Source: Pavona decussata (taxonomy: Eukaryota). Taken from it: a DNA stretch of 64,000 nucleotides. Both the position numbers and the translations under genes were made by a program. Location: contig CDRNST010000369.1 in the NCBI GenBank assembly GCA_977016875.1, positions 124,001 through 188,000 of the forward strand, given 5' to 3'. Positions 23,901 to 37,920 of the stretch are shown in pieces. The notes under the pieces are model-generated. The model saw only the letters and a program-made list of their open reading frames with translations. It made no database searches and was not told the DNA's origin. Position 1 is the stretch's first letter, and every line of letters starts with the position of its first letter.

Positions 23901-26900
23901 GGGAGTATAAAGCGGGATATGTTGTGATGGCCAAGTATCAACATGTCAGCACGAGAAATGCATTTCTCTGTTAAAAAATACCTTCAGATGGCTGAAAACT
24001 AAGAGAGCGACTCAAACATCGCTTTAGCAAGGAGAGGCAGCACCAGAAGCTATATTTAATGGCTTGTGTGGTTGATAATCGAATTATTGTGGCGGCCCTG
24101 ATTTGTTTTGGTATCAAACTCCCTGTCGCGAATAAAATCATTTCGAGAACAACACGATGTCGCAAGTTTATTAACCGAAACTTTGACCTGACAACATACA
24201 GTTTAACCTTCACTAGCTACCATACGTCGTTAATTGTATTGCCTTTGTTCACTTGGCGAGGAAGTGTGCTTTTGCATTACGTTTGCTTTTTCCGCTTGCT
24301 TGCCTTGTTTGAACAGCATCATAAAACAAGTTGTGAGGTTGCAAATCACTTTACACTGTTAATTCGGAAATTCACACTTCACGCGAATTCCCTTCTGTTT
24401 GAAAACGTGGGTTTTGTTGCAAATCGTCTTCATTTGAATTCTTATCAGGCTTCAGTGGCAGCCGCAGTAATTTACCACACATATTTTCAAATCTGTGATG
24501 ACGACCCTGATACAACCTTGCATATTAAGTGGCAAAAAAACGAAGGCTGTAAAAGTCTCGTTACGACAAAATGTACCAATAAAACTTTCCTCACCTTCAC
24601 ACAATCATTTGTTCGCTTTCCAAATAATCAGCTGGGGCTTTCGTTACGTTTGTGTGCCTGTGTTTTGATCTTGAACGTCTGCAGTTTGTTTCGAATCGAC
24701 CTCTAGATACTTCAAACGGCGGCATGTGATTTCAATATTCTATAGACAGTGGTTCGGTTTAGAATTACACAATCGCGTCTTTCCGTGCGAATTTCAATCG
24801 CGAAAGAGATTTTTTCAAGCGCCTAAGAATAAACCACTTGTGTCTTCGATGGAAAAATTCAAGCCGTCGAAAATTGCAAAGTACTCTAGGTCGTATAGAC
24901 GGAAAGAGGTTTTTGAAATGCACTGAAAGTGATGATCAGTCGAGGTGAATGTGCATGGATAATGTGGTTGTTCAATGATGGTTGTGCTATCGTTTACGTG
25001 AAGGGAAGAAACGTGCTTCGAAATCAAGTTACTTTTTAGTTGCAAAGCTGGTGCACTTGTATCGTGTTCCAGTTCGTTGGACCCTAAAAGCAACAGTGGA
25101 TTCTTATGCAATACCCAGACTGTACAATACTGTGCCAAGGACGGGAGCAGGCTCCCATGCCGTGTTCAAGAATTTGTAGAGTATCGCCCATAAGTAGGCC
25201 CATCCGTTTGTGGACATGCTTCAATCAACACGGATTTAGCTTAAAATGGAAAATCCCGGCGGAAAATTGAAATTTCCGCACCTATTTCAGAAGAGTGTTT
25301 CAGAACGGCTTAGATGAATGTACATCATGGTGATGAAAAGACTACTTATGCTTTGCAGTCTTGACATATGCCCTCCATATTGGATTTTGGAAACGAAGGC
25401 ATGTTCAATTTGATCTTTGCACTTCTTCTTTACACACAAATCCTATTTGTCAGAAAGACCTGAAGAAAGACAACTAACTGAACAAAGATTAGGTTTTGAA
25501 AATGGAATTATCCGGCACATGCAATGCTTCATAGATTTGACTGCAGCTGACATGATCCTGTACACTCAAGTCCTTAGCTAGAGTGGCTGTTTTCGGTATA
25601 TTTCTCTAGCTTTAAATACAAGGCTTCATTCATGTGTTACTAGAATTAAACAAACTATGCAAATAAATTGGTGTGCCAAATCAACCTTTCATGTTTGTGA
25701 TATATTTTCTTGGAATCAATTCATCATTCATTGTATTAGTCCTTCAGTCTTGGGTCGTCATTCTGCCATTTCAATCAGCTGGTCTTGAAATTTTGACAAC
25801 TAGATTCGGTGGCTAAACTGCTCAGTACTGCTAACAGCATTGCACTGGCCCATTTAATTTAATATCCCAGTGAGGACAGGCGGAAAACATAAGGTTAACT
25901 TGGGTTTATTTTGAAAAGCTTTGGACTTGTCAATCTACTGTCCGGGAGCGTTTAGCACCAGACGATTATCATCAACGACGGGTCGGGGTGCATCCAAAAA
26001 CGGTCAAACACATAAGCCGTCCACGAACCGGATGACACACTTTACAAAAGCATGTTTTAATCGAACAAACTTTTAATACCATTAACGGGTTTGCTTTTCG
26101 ATCAATAATAAATCTGCTAAACAGCTTAGAGAGGCAACCGCAAGTGGAGGATACTGAGAACACATAGCGTTCGTGACAAGTATCGGTCCGTCTTCAGTTC
26201 GTTTTCCGCATCATAGCTCTCGAAAAAACTGAGCTACAATACATGTTGTATTTTGTCACCGAACCTTGGCTGAGTGTTTTATCGTTTACGGATGTTTTAT
26301 TATGGTCGGTTCAGGTCATTTTGGCTCATTTGTACACGAACAAGTAGCAAGGCGCAAATCTTTGTGTAAATTTGGGATAACCAACTGGGTAAAGCTGCCT
26401 AGAAATTTCAGTAGGAACAAGTGAAGAGTATGCCTATCCCTTTGAATTAAGAAGTTTCACTGACACCTCTAAAAATTGTAGTTTTTTATAAACTGATTTT
26501 TTTCGAAATCTGTAAAAGTTTTTAGAGGCTCTTTGGTGGGCCTCCTTTGAATAATTAGTTTTGGCCGCTGTTTAATCTATGTGGGTAGATGTCTGTCAAC
26601 AAAACATGCTTCTGAAAATGCTATGAAAAACGCACTAAAATGAACTTTGTTTTAAATGCTGCAGGTCTTTTGGGTATGAATTTAATCTCTAAATCGGAAA
26701 TCTTTTTAGGTTGCGGCCCTGAATGAGTTTTACCTCTGGAACGAAAGCCGGCTCGCTAGAAGTTATCTCTTATCTTCACGGCTTCTGCATACGGATGAGC
26801 AGGTGGCTTCCAATTTGTACTCTTTCTTTTTCTTACAGCAAGGCACAATCCCTTCCTTCCTGTTGCAATTGTTTCTCAAAGTGTTTTTAGTCCACTTTCC

Positions 26901-29900
26901 TGAGCCAATATCGCCATAAATTTTACATTAAGTGATGCGTCTTCATTATAATCCCTAAAAGGGGAATGAAAAAGAGTGCACATCGATTTTGAATAGCACT
27001 TCAGCGAACAGCGCTCCGGCGTTCCTCCTTGTAACTCTTGCATCTGTGTCTTCGCCCTAGCTCGTTTTCTGATTTTTCTTATCATGCCTTGCGCTGTAGA
27101 AACTACCTTGAAGTAAGTAAATAAAAAACACGCGGTCCTTTTCAAGCGTCTGAGTTCGCTTTTCAAGTATAGTTTTATTCCATTATTCGACTGTCGATGC
27201 CGCCATGACTATTAATATGCCGTGTGTCGGTTGTGTTGACTTAAATTTGAAAAGGCCTTGAGTTATAAGCTGTGACATTTCTTCAGAGCACCGATCAATC
27301 GGCACATTTACCGCACAATCACAAAGTGCCCGAGACTCGGAGAGTGTGTGTATTTTAAATCAACGAACCTCGCGAGGCATTCTGTCGGTTTTTTCGTGTA
27401 GAAGAGAAGCAGAGGAAAACTTTGAAGACATCGAAAAATATATGACGCCGGTGTTGTTTACAGAAGGAAAAAAAAAAAAAGGAAAAACACTAATGGAAAG
27501 ATCACGCTCATAAAAAATGGCAGTCTTAAAGAAAATGTTAGCGGCACTACGTAAATTACACGAATTCGCGACGGAGGGGTTTCGCTGTCTTTATTCCAAT
27601 GCAGCTTGGTCGGAGGCAAGACTTTTTCGGATCAAATTGGAGAGCTTAAAGCATCAAATATGGACTAATTATTCTGAAGTACAATCTAGTTTATTCCCTT
27701 CACAGTGGGCGCGAAATGGCTTGGCGGCGTATATTTCCTTTTCTTGAAGTGTTTAACTGGATAGGCAGTCCAAACGTTGTATGTTTCGAGAGGTTGGTCA
27801 TTTGATAGCGATGGAAAGCGAACTAGCTGTCCAAAGTGTCCACATCTGTCCATCAGAACACGGGCTTGAAGAAAGCGGATGAAAGGCGACCGAAAACAAA
27901 CTTAACATACCAAAAGCACCAAGCAAATGTGGAAAATATGAATTCGCTTTTACACTGATTGCTCTTTGTACAACCCTTTCACCTACAATAATCTTGCAAT
28001 CAACTGGAACCTGTGCACACTGCTTTTTAACTTTTGAAGCATAGTTGAGATATTTTTTCTCAACCAACATGTATTGGTAGTAAGACTGAGTCAACTTTTG
28101 TGAATCGATCGATGCTACCAAAGGACTTAGCTGTTCTCAGCTATTCATCTTGAAATCGCAACAGCGACACTGATGTGATGAAGAAATAACCATAAAGTCA
28201 GGTAAATAAGAATTCCTTTTGGCCCATAATGGGTTGTTTGGTCTAGGCAATGCCAGTAACTCAAGCTAGCACTCGTTCTCGAGTACAACTGATTTTAGCT
28301 GGAGCTCCATCAAAGTACCTCGAACTGAGTTCGCTTACATGATGAACAGTGCTCTAGAGCAAGTCAATCTAACATTAATCATTTTTGAATGCTTTGTCAG
28401 CTTAGTGTTTATTAGTCTGTGCTTTGTGTACTATAAACCTGTAAAAGATTTAAGTAATTTTGTTTTACTTTGTTGAGGTAATCCGGTGGATGTTTCGGCT
28501 CAAACTTGCTAATTTTTCCACCATCTTGTCTTCTTTACACAAGAGGGATCTACGCCATGCGTCACGGAACCATTTCCCGAAAAATTCTTGATCATAGACA
28601 ACAAGTGATACTTCGACAATTGTACTTTAGAGTTGTACGCTCAAGTGTGTAATGGACCCAACGAGGGAAAAACCGTAAATCAGTATTATCCGACACCAGA
28701 ATATTATGAAAATGTTATCCATCTTTTCATTTCACGAGTCAGTTACGCGCTTTTTAATGCCCGATATAATACCACCACAACAAGGATAAGCATTAATAAA
28801 GAACATTTTGCGAGGGTAATTGCCTCCTCGCGTTGCGGGAAGTTTTCGTGTTATCCAAATATCATGTAAACAATTTTTGCTTTGCCGATTTAGATGCCAT
28901 CTTAAGACTCACCCCCTTGTCGTCGAACTGTACTGAAGATTCTGTTAAACTTTGCAATGCTTGAAGATCTTGAAAAGGAAGTATCGACATTTTGTTACCC
29001 TGCTTAATAGGTATCACTATTACAGAAGGTTTTTCTCTTGAGCCGTAATATTTGAAGTCTGGTGGACGACTGCCGCGCTCCCAACGCACGGAGGGTACTA
29101 CTGGAATTGTCGTGACTAAGAGGCGATTGGGTAGCTTGAATCAAGGCCCCGCTGGGTCCTGTCGAATCCCCGTTCAGAGCCCGATTGAACTCTTCTAAAG
29201 AAGGTGAATCTCGAGAGACATTTATAGCTCTTTGGGCTTTCCATTTATATTCTACGTATTCGCTGATGAAGCATGTTGCTTTTGATATGTTTTGGTTTCG
29301 AAGCTGTTGAAGAGAGACTTCGCCCATCTGTTAATTCAAAATATATTGGAGTGATTTGCTTTCGTATTCATTTTTTTTAAAGTCTTCTGTTTCTTTCAAT
29401 AATTTTTATCGAAATCTTGTTTCGCTAAAAATGGGTCAACAACCGAGATCAAATGCCTCAGCTGTTGCCAAGTTTTCTTGTCGTAAACACTTTCAGGTGA
29501 TGACTCTTCACGCGAACTCAAAAACCGCAATTGGGAGTAAGAGTCCATTGACAAATCATGAGCAAAGAATTCGAGTGTCTTCTACTAATCACCTTATAGT
29601 TTTATTTTTGTCTGGGATTTGAGCAATGTTTTGTGAATTCCTAAAATTATTTTTGAAGAACTGTTGGATTTATCACGCATGATACAACTAGTCATGCAAT
29701 TTTTGGTTAATAAACTGATCCTTCCCTCCGACATGACATGAAATTCTAAGGTGCCTGTGTTTTGAAAGTTCGATAAGAGAACCTACTGGTGGTTTGGACT
29801 GGAATATTTTAGACTTACACGTAAACAGGTCGGTAATTTTCTTCTTTACCAAATGACCCTGATAAACGCTCAAGAAAGGGAGGAAGGAATCTTGAGTGAC

Positions 29901-32900
29901 TGCTACCGGTAAACTTGCCTCTCGATGTCTCCTCTCCAACGCCCAGTTTTGAATCTTTAATAAGGAGCATTCTCTAGATAGCTCGTGTTGTTTTCTCGTT
30001 TAAAATATCATAGCAAACGGATTTTCAATATTATTACGAGCGAAGGAAACTTAAACACAAAGATGTTGGGTATTTGGGAAATTACTCGTGCTGCCAGTTA
30101 AACGTTTGATACTTGAACTGCTTGGAGTGTGAATCTCAGTACTTTTGTATTCCCTTAAGTGAAACGCTGACTCATGCAACATATTTTTAGGAAACTGGAA
30201 TTTTTGGATGAAATCCAAAAGTTTAAAAAATTCAAGTGAAACTGGTGAGAATGACCCTTTTCAGGAGTGTTTTCTGTTTTAATTTTCTCAAGACGAAACT
30301 GTAAAACATTTGTCGGATGTGTACTTTGGCCTACTTAGGAAGTGAACCTTTAATCCACGTCAGCGAAAAGAGAACATTTCAAAATGTCTTTGTCTCATCT
30401 CTGTAGACAGCTATGCTAGTACCAGTTGGTTCAAATAATGTGGAGGCTTACATTTAACCAGTAGCACTGTTATAATGTAATCTTTTGCCTGTTGTGTGTG
30501 CTTTTTAATTTTGGAGTATTTTACTTGGTGTGCTTTGGGTTTAACTGTAAATCCGTTTTCAAAGTGACTGTCGGATAGTTTGGCAGTGTTTTCGATATCA
30601 GATAGTCATCTCACTCGAAGCATTTAAGCTATCAAAATACTTCCAAAAACACCGTCTTGTTAGCGAATCTACTCGCCTTCTTCTCAGAACTTATCCAAGG
30701 CATCGGATGTGCGAAACCTCCTGATTACAGTTACTGTGACATCGGTATCCTTAAATTCAAGTGCACGTGTGAAAACAGGAATCATATTTGTAGCCAATAA
30801 GTCGATGAAAACACTTTAAAAGCTTAAGCAGGAGTGTATTGTGTTGGGATGCAACGTTCGGATCGTGTTTCAAGATAAAACTTCGGCAGCAAAAGAAAGC
30901 TGTGTATTTAGCTGGTCACCACGTGTATATGAAAAACACCCTTGATTGATATCTCTTTTCACAGGCAGGATTTCATCCATGCGCCTCCACTTCATATCAA
31001 ACGTTTTGGCGCCAGAATTGTTCCTGACTTCAGTTAGTGTCTATTTCTTTTCCTCGGCGCCTGGTTAGAGGTTTACTGGTTTAGTCTGTTCGCTTCTCAA
31101 GCATCGATAAATAAAAATTTTGTTTATTTAATGAAGAATACCTTTGTTTCTTTGTAGTTTAGATTAAAAATACAGAATCACGACAGCTTTGAGATGTTTT
31201 AGGATGCAATCTCGGTCTATGAAACAGCTTTCTTTCCTTTTTTCTTTTGCCGTAAACCCTTCTTCTTCTTGATTCAAAATCTCTAGTCTAGTAATTAATT
31301 TGATTTTATCTTTTGAGTCCGAACGAAATCCTCTATAAAGGTAGAACATACAAACGCCTAAAGCTATCGAGCGTTACTGTTACTCGTTATGTCACTCGTT
31401 TGTCAATAATTTTTCTTAATTTGAAATTTCCCCCCAAAACATTTATATCTGAAGAGTACCATGAACTCAATATGAGAACAAAACAATACGGAGAAATCGT
31501 CTTCTTCGTCTGAGCTCTAGTGACCGAGTAAGTTAGACATGACTTAGAGAAAAATTCGTCCATCCGAATTAGAGTTTGCTTTATTTTCATCTTGAAAGAT
31601 CTCGACGATACTTCCAGTCATTCAAATTCGTAGACTCAGTCTAGGGAATTGGCTAAACAGAAATGTTCATGTAGTCGGGATAGTTTACAAATGTTCATGT
31701 CTCACTGAGTAAAACTGAGAAATACTGCTTGTGGTCGAAGTCTCTCTTGTCAACAGAAAGAACGTAAATACACTTGTCAGAGTAATGGTGTTTGGTCATA
31801 ATGTGAAGGCGTGTCTTTGGGTTAAGTTTATTTTTTCTTCATAACCTTACTCTTTATGGAAACTAGAAATCGTTTTCAAAGAAAACTATGTCAAGGAATT
31901 GTGATTTTTGGGTGACGTTTGGGTCCAGATGAAGTGTTTTTACTTCGGAATTCTCTTGTGTTGAAATTGCGTGAGTCGCCTAGAGGGCCAAATAAGAGAA
32001 CCATGGTGAATGAAAGGATGAATGTACAGATCTATTGGTGAGGAATACGTATGCGAATATCGAGGTAGTACACGAAAACAAGAAAGCCAAACTGGTCGTA
32101 GTTATGTTTGCGAATTCAATTCGTAGAAGCTAGCGCTGGTTAACTTACCACTCGACTGAGTGAAAGTTCTGCTTTGAAGTTTTATTGTTTGAAGGAAGAC
32201 CAAAATGGAATCACACTGGTCGCTGCAATCTTTATTCGCCTCCCTACATTTTAAAATGAGTTTACTATTCGAGTCCTGAGGGGAAAAATTACTTGACTGT
32301 CCTTCAGTTGAACTGATCAAGTGTTTTCGATCTCCTTCAGTCGCCTGACACTGAATTTTACTTTGTTAGTATGAATGGAAGCCTTGAAGGATGAGAAAAA
32401 AATAGACATCAACAAATTTACGGGAAAAAAATGCAAACTCCGCGCTGCCGTCTAGTCTGGGTCGCTCTTCCTTTTTTCCAAGATACGAGCTACTTTTGGT
32501 TTTGCGGTTGACTTAGCTTTTCTCGTTGGGAGGAGCAGTTTACCATCTCCTTGTCGTTGCTGTCGGATGATTGCGATATGATCTAAAAATTCGTTTTCAT
32601 AAGTCAAAACAACTTTAGCTCGTTTGAATATCTCTGATAAACAGTCTAACCTCGAACTATCTGCGATAAATTTGTCTTAAACCATTAAGCTCTTGAGAGT
32701 GACAAAAAATATATTGAGAAAAATTTTTAACATTTCGCTTCGAAAAAATCGAAAACTAAGCATCCTGCGGAAGTACTGTTCGACACTCCTTACTTCAATG
32801 TTCACATTTGAGCATTTCACTAAAAGTACGAGTCGCAGTATAAATGACTCAATGAGAGCACGTTTCTACAGTGGCAACTCTTTTGCAATGCTTTCAGCTT

Positions 32901-35900
32901 TACATTTGAACACAATGTAATAATACTTCGTTTATATCCATCTTACTCCTCGCGTTAACTGAATTATAAACGCGCACAGACTGAAGAAAAAAAAAACCTT
33001 GAAGCCTGACTGAGTTAGCAACCGCGTCTGGAAGTTTAAGAAGTATGAAATATAGGAAGACCGCGAGAATGGTTTGGTGTTTTTGGAAGCGTAGTTTCTT
33101 CTTGCCTATTTGGTTGGAGTTGAGATAGAACCAAAATGAGACGGTTTGATCAAAACGAACATTCTGAGCTGAAGGGAAGAACTGTTTGAATTTCTTGAAC
33201 ACATAAGCCATGTTCTCTCATGCAAGCGTAAAATATGGGAATACTGTGAGAATGGATTTGTTGTTTAAAAGGGCGGTCCCCTCTAGCTTATATTTGAATT
33301 GAAATTATAGTAAAAACTGAGAGAGGCTTGCATGGCCGGAGCGTTTGACCAAAACCGCCGAACATTCAATCCAGAAGGAAAGAACTGTTCGAGTATCTTG
33401 AAGGGATGGATATACCAAGCATGCATTGTCAACAAGGCGATGGACATTTAAGTTTTCTTTGCTTAGCCTGAAGAATACTATTCTCACTAGAAAATCACTT
33501 CTGGGCGGATGTGGTCATTCATTGCCAAGAAATTAGTTATCTTAGTTTAATTTTCTTAAACTTAAAGTAACTCATTTGTAGAACGCTGAAATTTTTTTTA
33601 CTGTACTGAGGAACTAATTTACACCAAGCGAAAGGCAAGGTTTTTTAGTTGAGACGCTAGACAATTCACGACTGTAAAACCAAGGATAACATTTTGCTTT
33701 ACTTTTCAGTGTACGCCAAGGAATCTACGATTGCCGCTTCAACGGGCACTTCATGAAAAGCACAGCGAGGCTTCAGACGCAGTGAAGCGATGGTGAAATA
33801 AACTGGCAATAAAATAGTCTGAACACAGTCGAATTTACCCGAAAAACGTGAGAACTAACTCAACGTAGCTTGGTCTGTGGACCAGGTAAAGCCAGCTGAG
33901 CAAAATTGAGTAATAAACCTTAAAATTATTGAGCAATTGTGTTCTTTTCTTTGCTTTTTTATTTTTTAGAGTGTACTACAACGCGGCAGTAAACATTATT
34001 CTCGTAATCAAAAGTTTTGTATTAAATGCACTTATCAAAAGAAACGCCCAGTCAACAATCCAAGTAACTTCTTCCTCACTGCATTAAAGTAATGATTGCA
34101 AGTCGGGCTGAACATAGCCATCAAAACAAACACCTAAAAGATGGGTGGCAAAAGATTCTCTGCTAAATTTTACAATGGTTTTAAGTTGAGAAAGCTCCTC
34201 ATTTCCAGCGGCATTACTTTTTTTCTCTCACGGCATGACTAGCAGTGAGCATTCTGGACTGAGACCCGCGATCTACGTTTCACTGATTGAAGTGACTACA
34301 TCGTTATACCAACCATTATCCACTTTATTGTTATCGTACCCACCAGATAAACAACAGCTTTTTCACAAGTTTCCTGCCGTTTGCATTTCAGTTTGGTATT
34401 GGGAAACAAAGGGGATTGTCCAAGCTAGTGTGTGTGATTCTATAGCATACAAATTGGTTTTAAAGTCGACCGAAGACATGCAACATAGCACGTGCTGAAA
34501 TTGCAGACTAAACACAGTCGAAAAGCTAGTAACGGATTCTGTCAATCTTAGCTTGAATTTCGGTTAGGCCGACGGAAGACATGTACAAGCTAAGGTAGTT
34601 AAGGCGTGCCCTTTGTGAGCTAAAAAGTATAGTGTTTATTTTTGTTATTTCCATGTTAAGTTTTTTCTGATGTTGTCGTCCAAGCTTTCGATGGACTTTT
34701 AAGATTTGAATTCGATTTAGTGGCAAGGATTGATGAGCGTCATAAAAGATGGCGTGATCAGTTAGTGACATGAAAATCTGCTCCTTGTCCACCATGGCCT
34801 TCGCGAAAAGGCAATTCTTCAAACCAGTGTTGAACCTCTATCTGGAACGCTCAAGGGAAGGAGTGGTGAAAAAATGGGGATAAGGGACAATCGGTTAAAA
34901 TTTGCGTACTACAGTATCCAGGGGGGAATGTGTTTCCGTTCAAGAAGAGCGAGAGACTCGAAAGAACCCGTCATGTAAGAGAAAGAGAAAGAATGTAAAT
35001 TCAAAAACCACTAGTTTAACCGTTACATCACGGATTTGTCGTGCAAATTCCAGTACTGAAATACACACCAACGAAATTGTCGCCTTCGTGTCTCACCATG
35101 TTTCAGCAATTTTGAAAGCAGCTGAGGCAGGTGGATTTCTTAGAGCAAAGAGAGCGATGGAAATTAAACAGACAGCTCCTAGAGTGAAAGACTGATTTAC
35201 AATTTTCTTTTCGAACCGTCAATACATTATATTGTCAAGCATACAGTGACATTGAAAAATCGTTTCAAATCGCCATTTACATGGTATTGTTTGATCAGCA
35301 TAACATCAAATTGTCAGACCTTTAAAAATAAATGAATGGTAATCGATACAAAATAAATATTTTGAGTTTGTGGATGAAGTTTCAGAGGTGTTTTGCACTA
35401 TAATTCAGTGAGCTTAACATCGCTTATTTTTCATTTACCAAAGGGTTTCAGTGTTCACCACTGGGAAGCAGTTTATACTGAACTGTGAAAACGGCTACTA
35501 TATTTTCATGACGAGGTCGTCAACTGTTTTCCCACATTAATAATGCATCTTTTAAGTTAACAAAAACCTAACTTTGGAGATACGCGTTCTACAGAATTCC
35601 AGTTTTGAAAGCTGCAAAGCAAACTCCTATTTCGAAACAGTTAGAGCTGCAAAACTCGAAACGTGGCAACACAACCGTGCAAATTTGAGGGACAAAACAA
35701 ACACGTTCAAATGCAAAAAAAAATTCAATTTTGGTGATAAAAATTCGTACTTTGAACTAATAACTGCAGCTAATAAAACAAAACATGACAACCCAACCAT
35801 TAGTAACAAAATACGTTTCCAATTGTCCAAAACAATTAACAGTCCAGAGAACTCCGTTTTCTCCAAATAAGTAGCAAAATGCAACTTCATACTGGCTAAA

Positions 35901-36354
35901 ACAAAACGATTCAGGAATTCTCATTTGAGAATAATAAAACAAAACTCGTAGTTTGGATCAATGACAAAAGCGTTTTCAGATTGGTCAAAACAGCAATAAA
36001 AAATTATGATTCAACTTTTCGACTGAAACACTTCAAGGATCCACCTGATGCCTCAATGTTATGTCTACGGAACCATCTGCCAAGAACCTCGACCGACCTC
36101 CAAAGACACACGTGCATCAATTTAAACTTTAAAATATTAGCCCACTTTTGTTACAAGTTACAAAACTATAACTAGTGCATTGGAACTACTTGTAAGTGTC
36201 TCTGGCTACAGATTTCCAGGATGGAAGTGGATTATCACTTTTAAATGTAAGATAAACTAAGTAAAACTCGATTGAAGGTCGTTCTTCTGGTGAAACCTCA
36301 TTAAAACCGCTTTATACAGCATAACAGCTCGATAGTTTTTGCTGATTAGAATGG

Positions 36355-36723
36355 CAGTGGCGGATCCAGGGGGAGGATCTGGGGTTCAGGACTCCCCCTA
36401 CCCCCCACTCTAAAATCTGAACTTTGTTATCAAATGATCAAATGTGTCCATACTAAAGAGAAACAACATGCAGCCCATTTATAATTTACCAGAAAAGTTA
36501 ATCGAGTTCCTTGAACTCCTTGCTTCTGGCATTGGACAAAAGTTTCCCTCAGTTGATAAATATATACCTTATTGCTAACATTGACAGTGACAAAATTTCG
36601 CACAGTGTACAAAAATGATTAAAACCTGCTAATACATCTTTGTAAGAGGAACTCTCCGAAGTGTCTACTGCGTAAAAGGTATGCTTTGGACCCCCCAAAT
36701 CGAAATTCCTGGATCCGCCCCTG
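36355..36723. mobile_element. 369-bp MITE with CAGTGGCGGATCCAGG TIRs and AATGG target-site duplication
   Basis: TIRs match 15/16; AATGG directly flanks both ends (36350-36354, 36724-36728). Confidence 0.85.
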
Positions 36724-37100
36724 AATGGTCACACTTAATGTTCGCACCCATAGAATACACCTTGTACGACATGATTAGCTGTGCCACAGCAAAGCCCTTC
36801 TCCCTAATTCCCACCGATAGTCAGTCTTAAGGAATTCATCCTCAGAATTAAAAGAAAGAACCAACTTGCGTAGCATAACAAACAGCAACACAACAAAGTA
36901 TTGCTCGATAGCTTTCATTGGAATGGTCTACACCCGTAGAATCAAGAGTAAGAGATACCTTACACTGCAAACTGAACAGTACGAATGGTGGAATAGTCTA
37001 CAGCCGCAGAATCAAAAGTAGGAAATGTCTTGCTCAGCAAACTAACCAGTGTCATGGAAATGTATTGCCCAAGTCCTGATCGCTTTCATTTAACCGGTCG
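36724..37100 (+). repeat. Degenerate 106-bp repeat copies
   Basis: gaatggtcacac, caaagtattgctcgatagctttcattggaatggtc, gctttcatttaaccggtc. Confidence 0.65.
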
Positions 37101-37332
37101 CTTTTTGGATGTTTCCAAGGACTGTTAAGCACTTGTAACTTAAAATTCGACCCTAGGGGCCAAATTCACGAAACCCTTCCACGTATGACTATTCTTTCTT
37201 ATCAATACCCTATTGTTTGCCAACAAGCAACTATTGTCAACCAACAAAACTTTGGATACATCTTACATAAAGAGGGTTTCATGAAGATGATCCCTGGAGA
37301 GAAAGAGAGTTGAGCATCTGCAAAACTGTCAA

Positions 37333-37609
37333 AGGGGAAGTGTCACGAAGATTTGGTCCAGGTTTGCTATAAATTACCACTCCAGCGTTCTGAACTGTCC
37401 TGACTGTCTCTGGTCATAGATGGAGTGGTTCAGAATGGATTGTTTCCTAACTTTTTTCAAGTTCTCACATTTCGTCTCAAAATGCACTTCAACAGATCAT
37501 GAGTTCTTCTAGAATTCAGTCGATTTCTTTCTCTCGGTGTCCTAGAATTATTTTGCAATTAAGTGAATGTATTGCTGCACTGTTATCACCAAAAAGTGAC
37601 AGTTCCCCT
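37333..37609. mobile_element. MITE with GGGGAA(G/C)TGTCAC TIRs, TTAA-type (Kolobok-like)
   Basis: aggggaagtgtcac ... gtgacagttcccct; flanks are tcaa and ttaa. Confidence 0.6.
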
Positions 37610-37744
37610 TAAACACTTCTTTCCAGACACTGACTATTTTTCACGACGTACTTGAGCACGTGCTTCGGAAGAGTATCAGCTGGTGTGAGTTGTTTTCACC
37701 TTTTGCCCCAACGTGAGATCAAGAGATGGAGTCTCGAATCAACT

Positions 37745-37920
37745 TTCAACAGCAACAAAGGCAGGTACTGCTCAATAGCTTTCCTTTGAATGGTCACAAT
37801 TTAGGATTTCATCCACAGACTCAAAAGTTAGGACCATGTTGTACAGCAAAGTACATTTTGTAACATTCCGCACAATAGCTTTTATCGGAGGAAACACTTT
37901 GTAGTTTTATCCATAGATTT
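37745..37920 (+). repeat. 106-bp repeat copy
   Basis: gtactgctcaatagctttcctttgaatggtcacaatttaggatttcatccacagactcaaaagttaggaccatgttgtacagca. Confidence 0.85.

Noticed and set aside
24059-24706. 215-aa plus-strand ORF, the longest in the track
   Set aside because: No recognisable domain, residue composition typical of random AT-rich DNA, and no exon partners found.
31160-32700. Protein-like short minus-strand ORFs suggesting a pseudogene
   Set aside because: No recognisable family and no consistent frame or splice chain.
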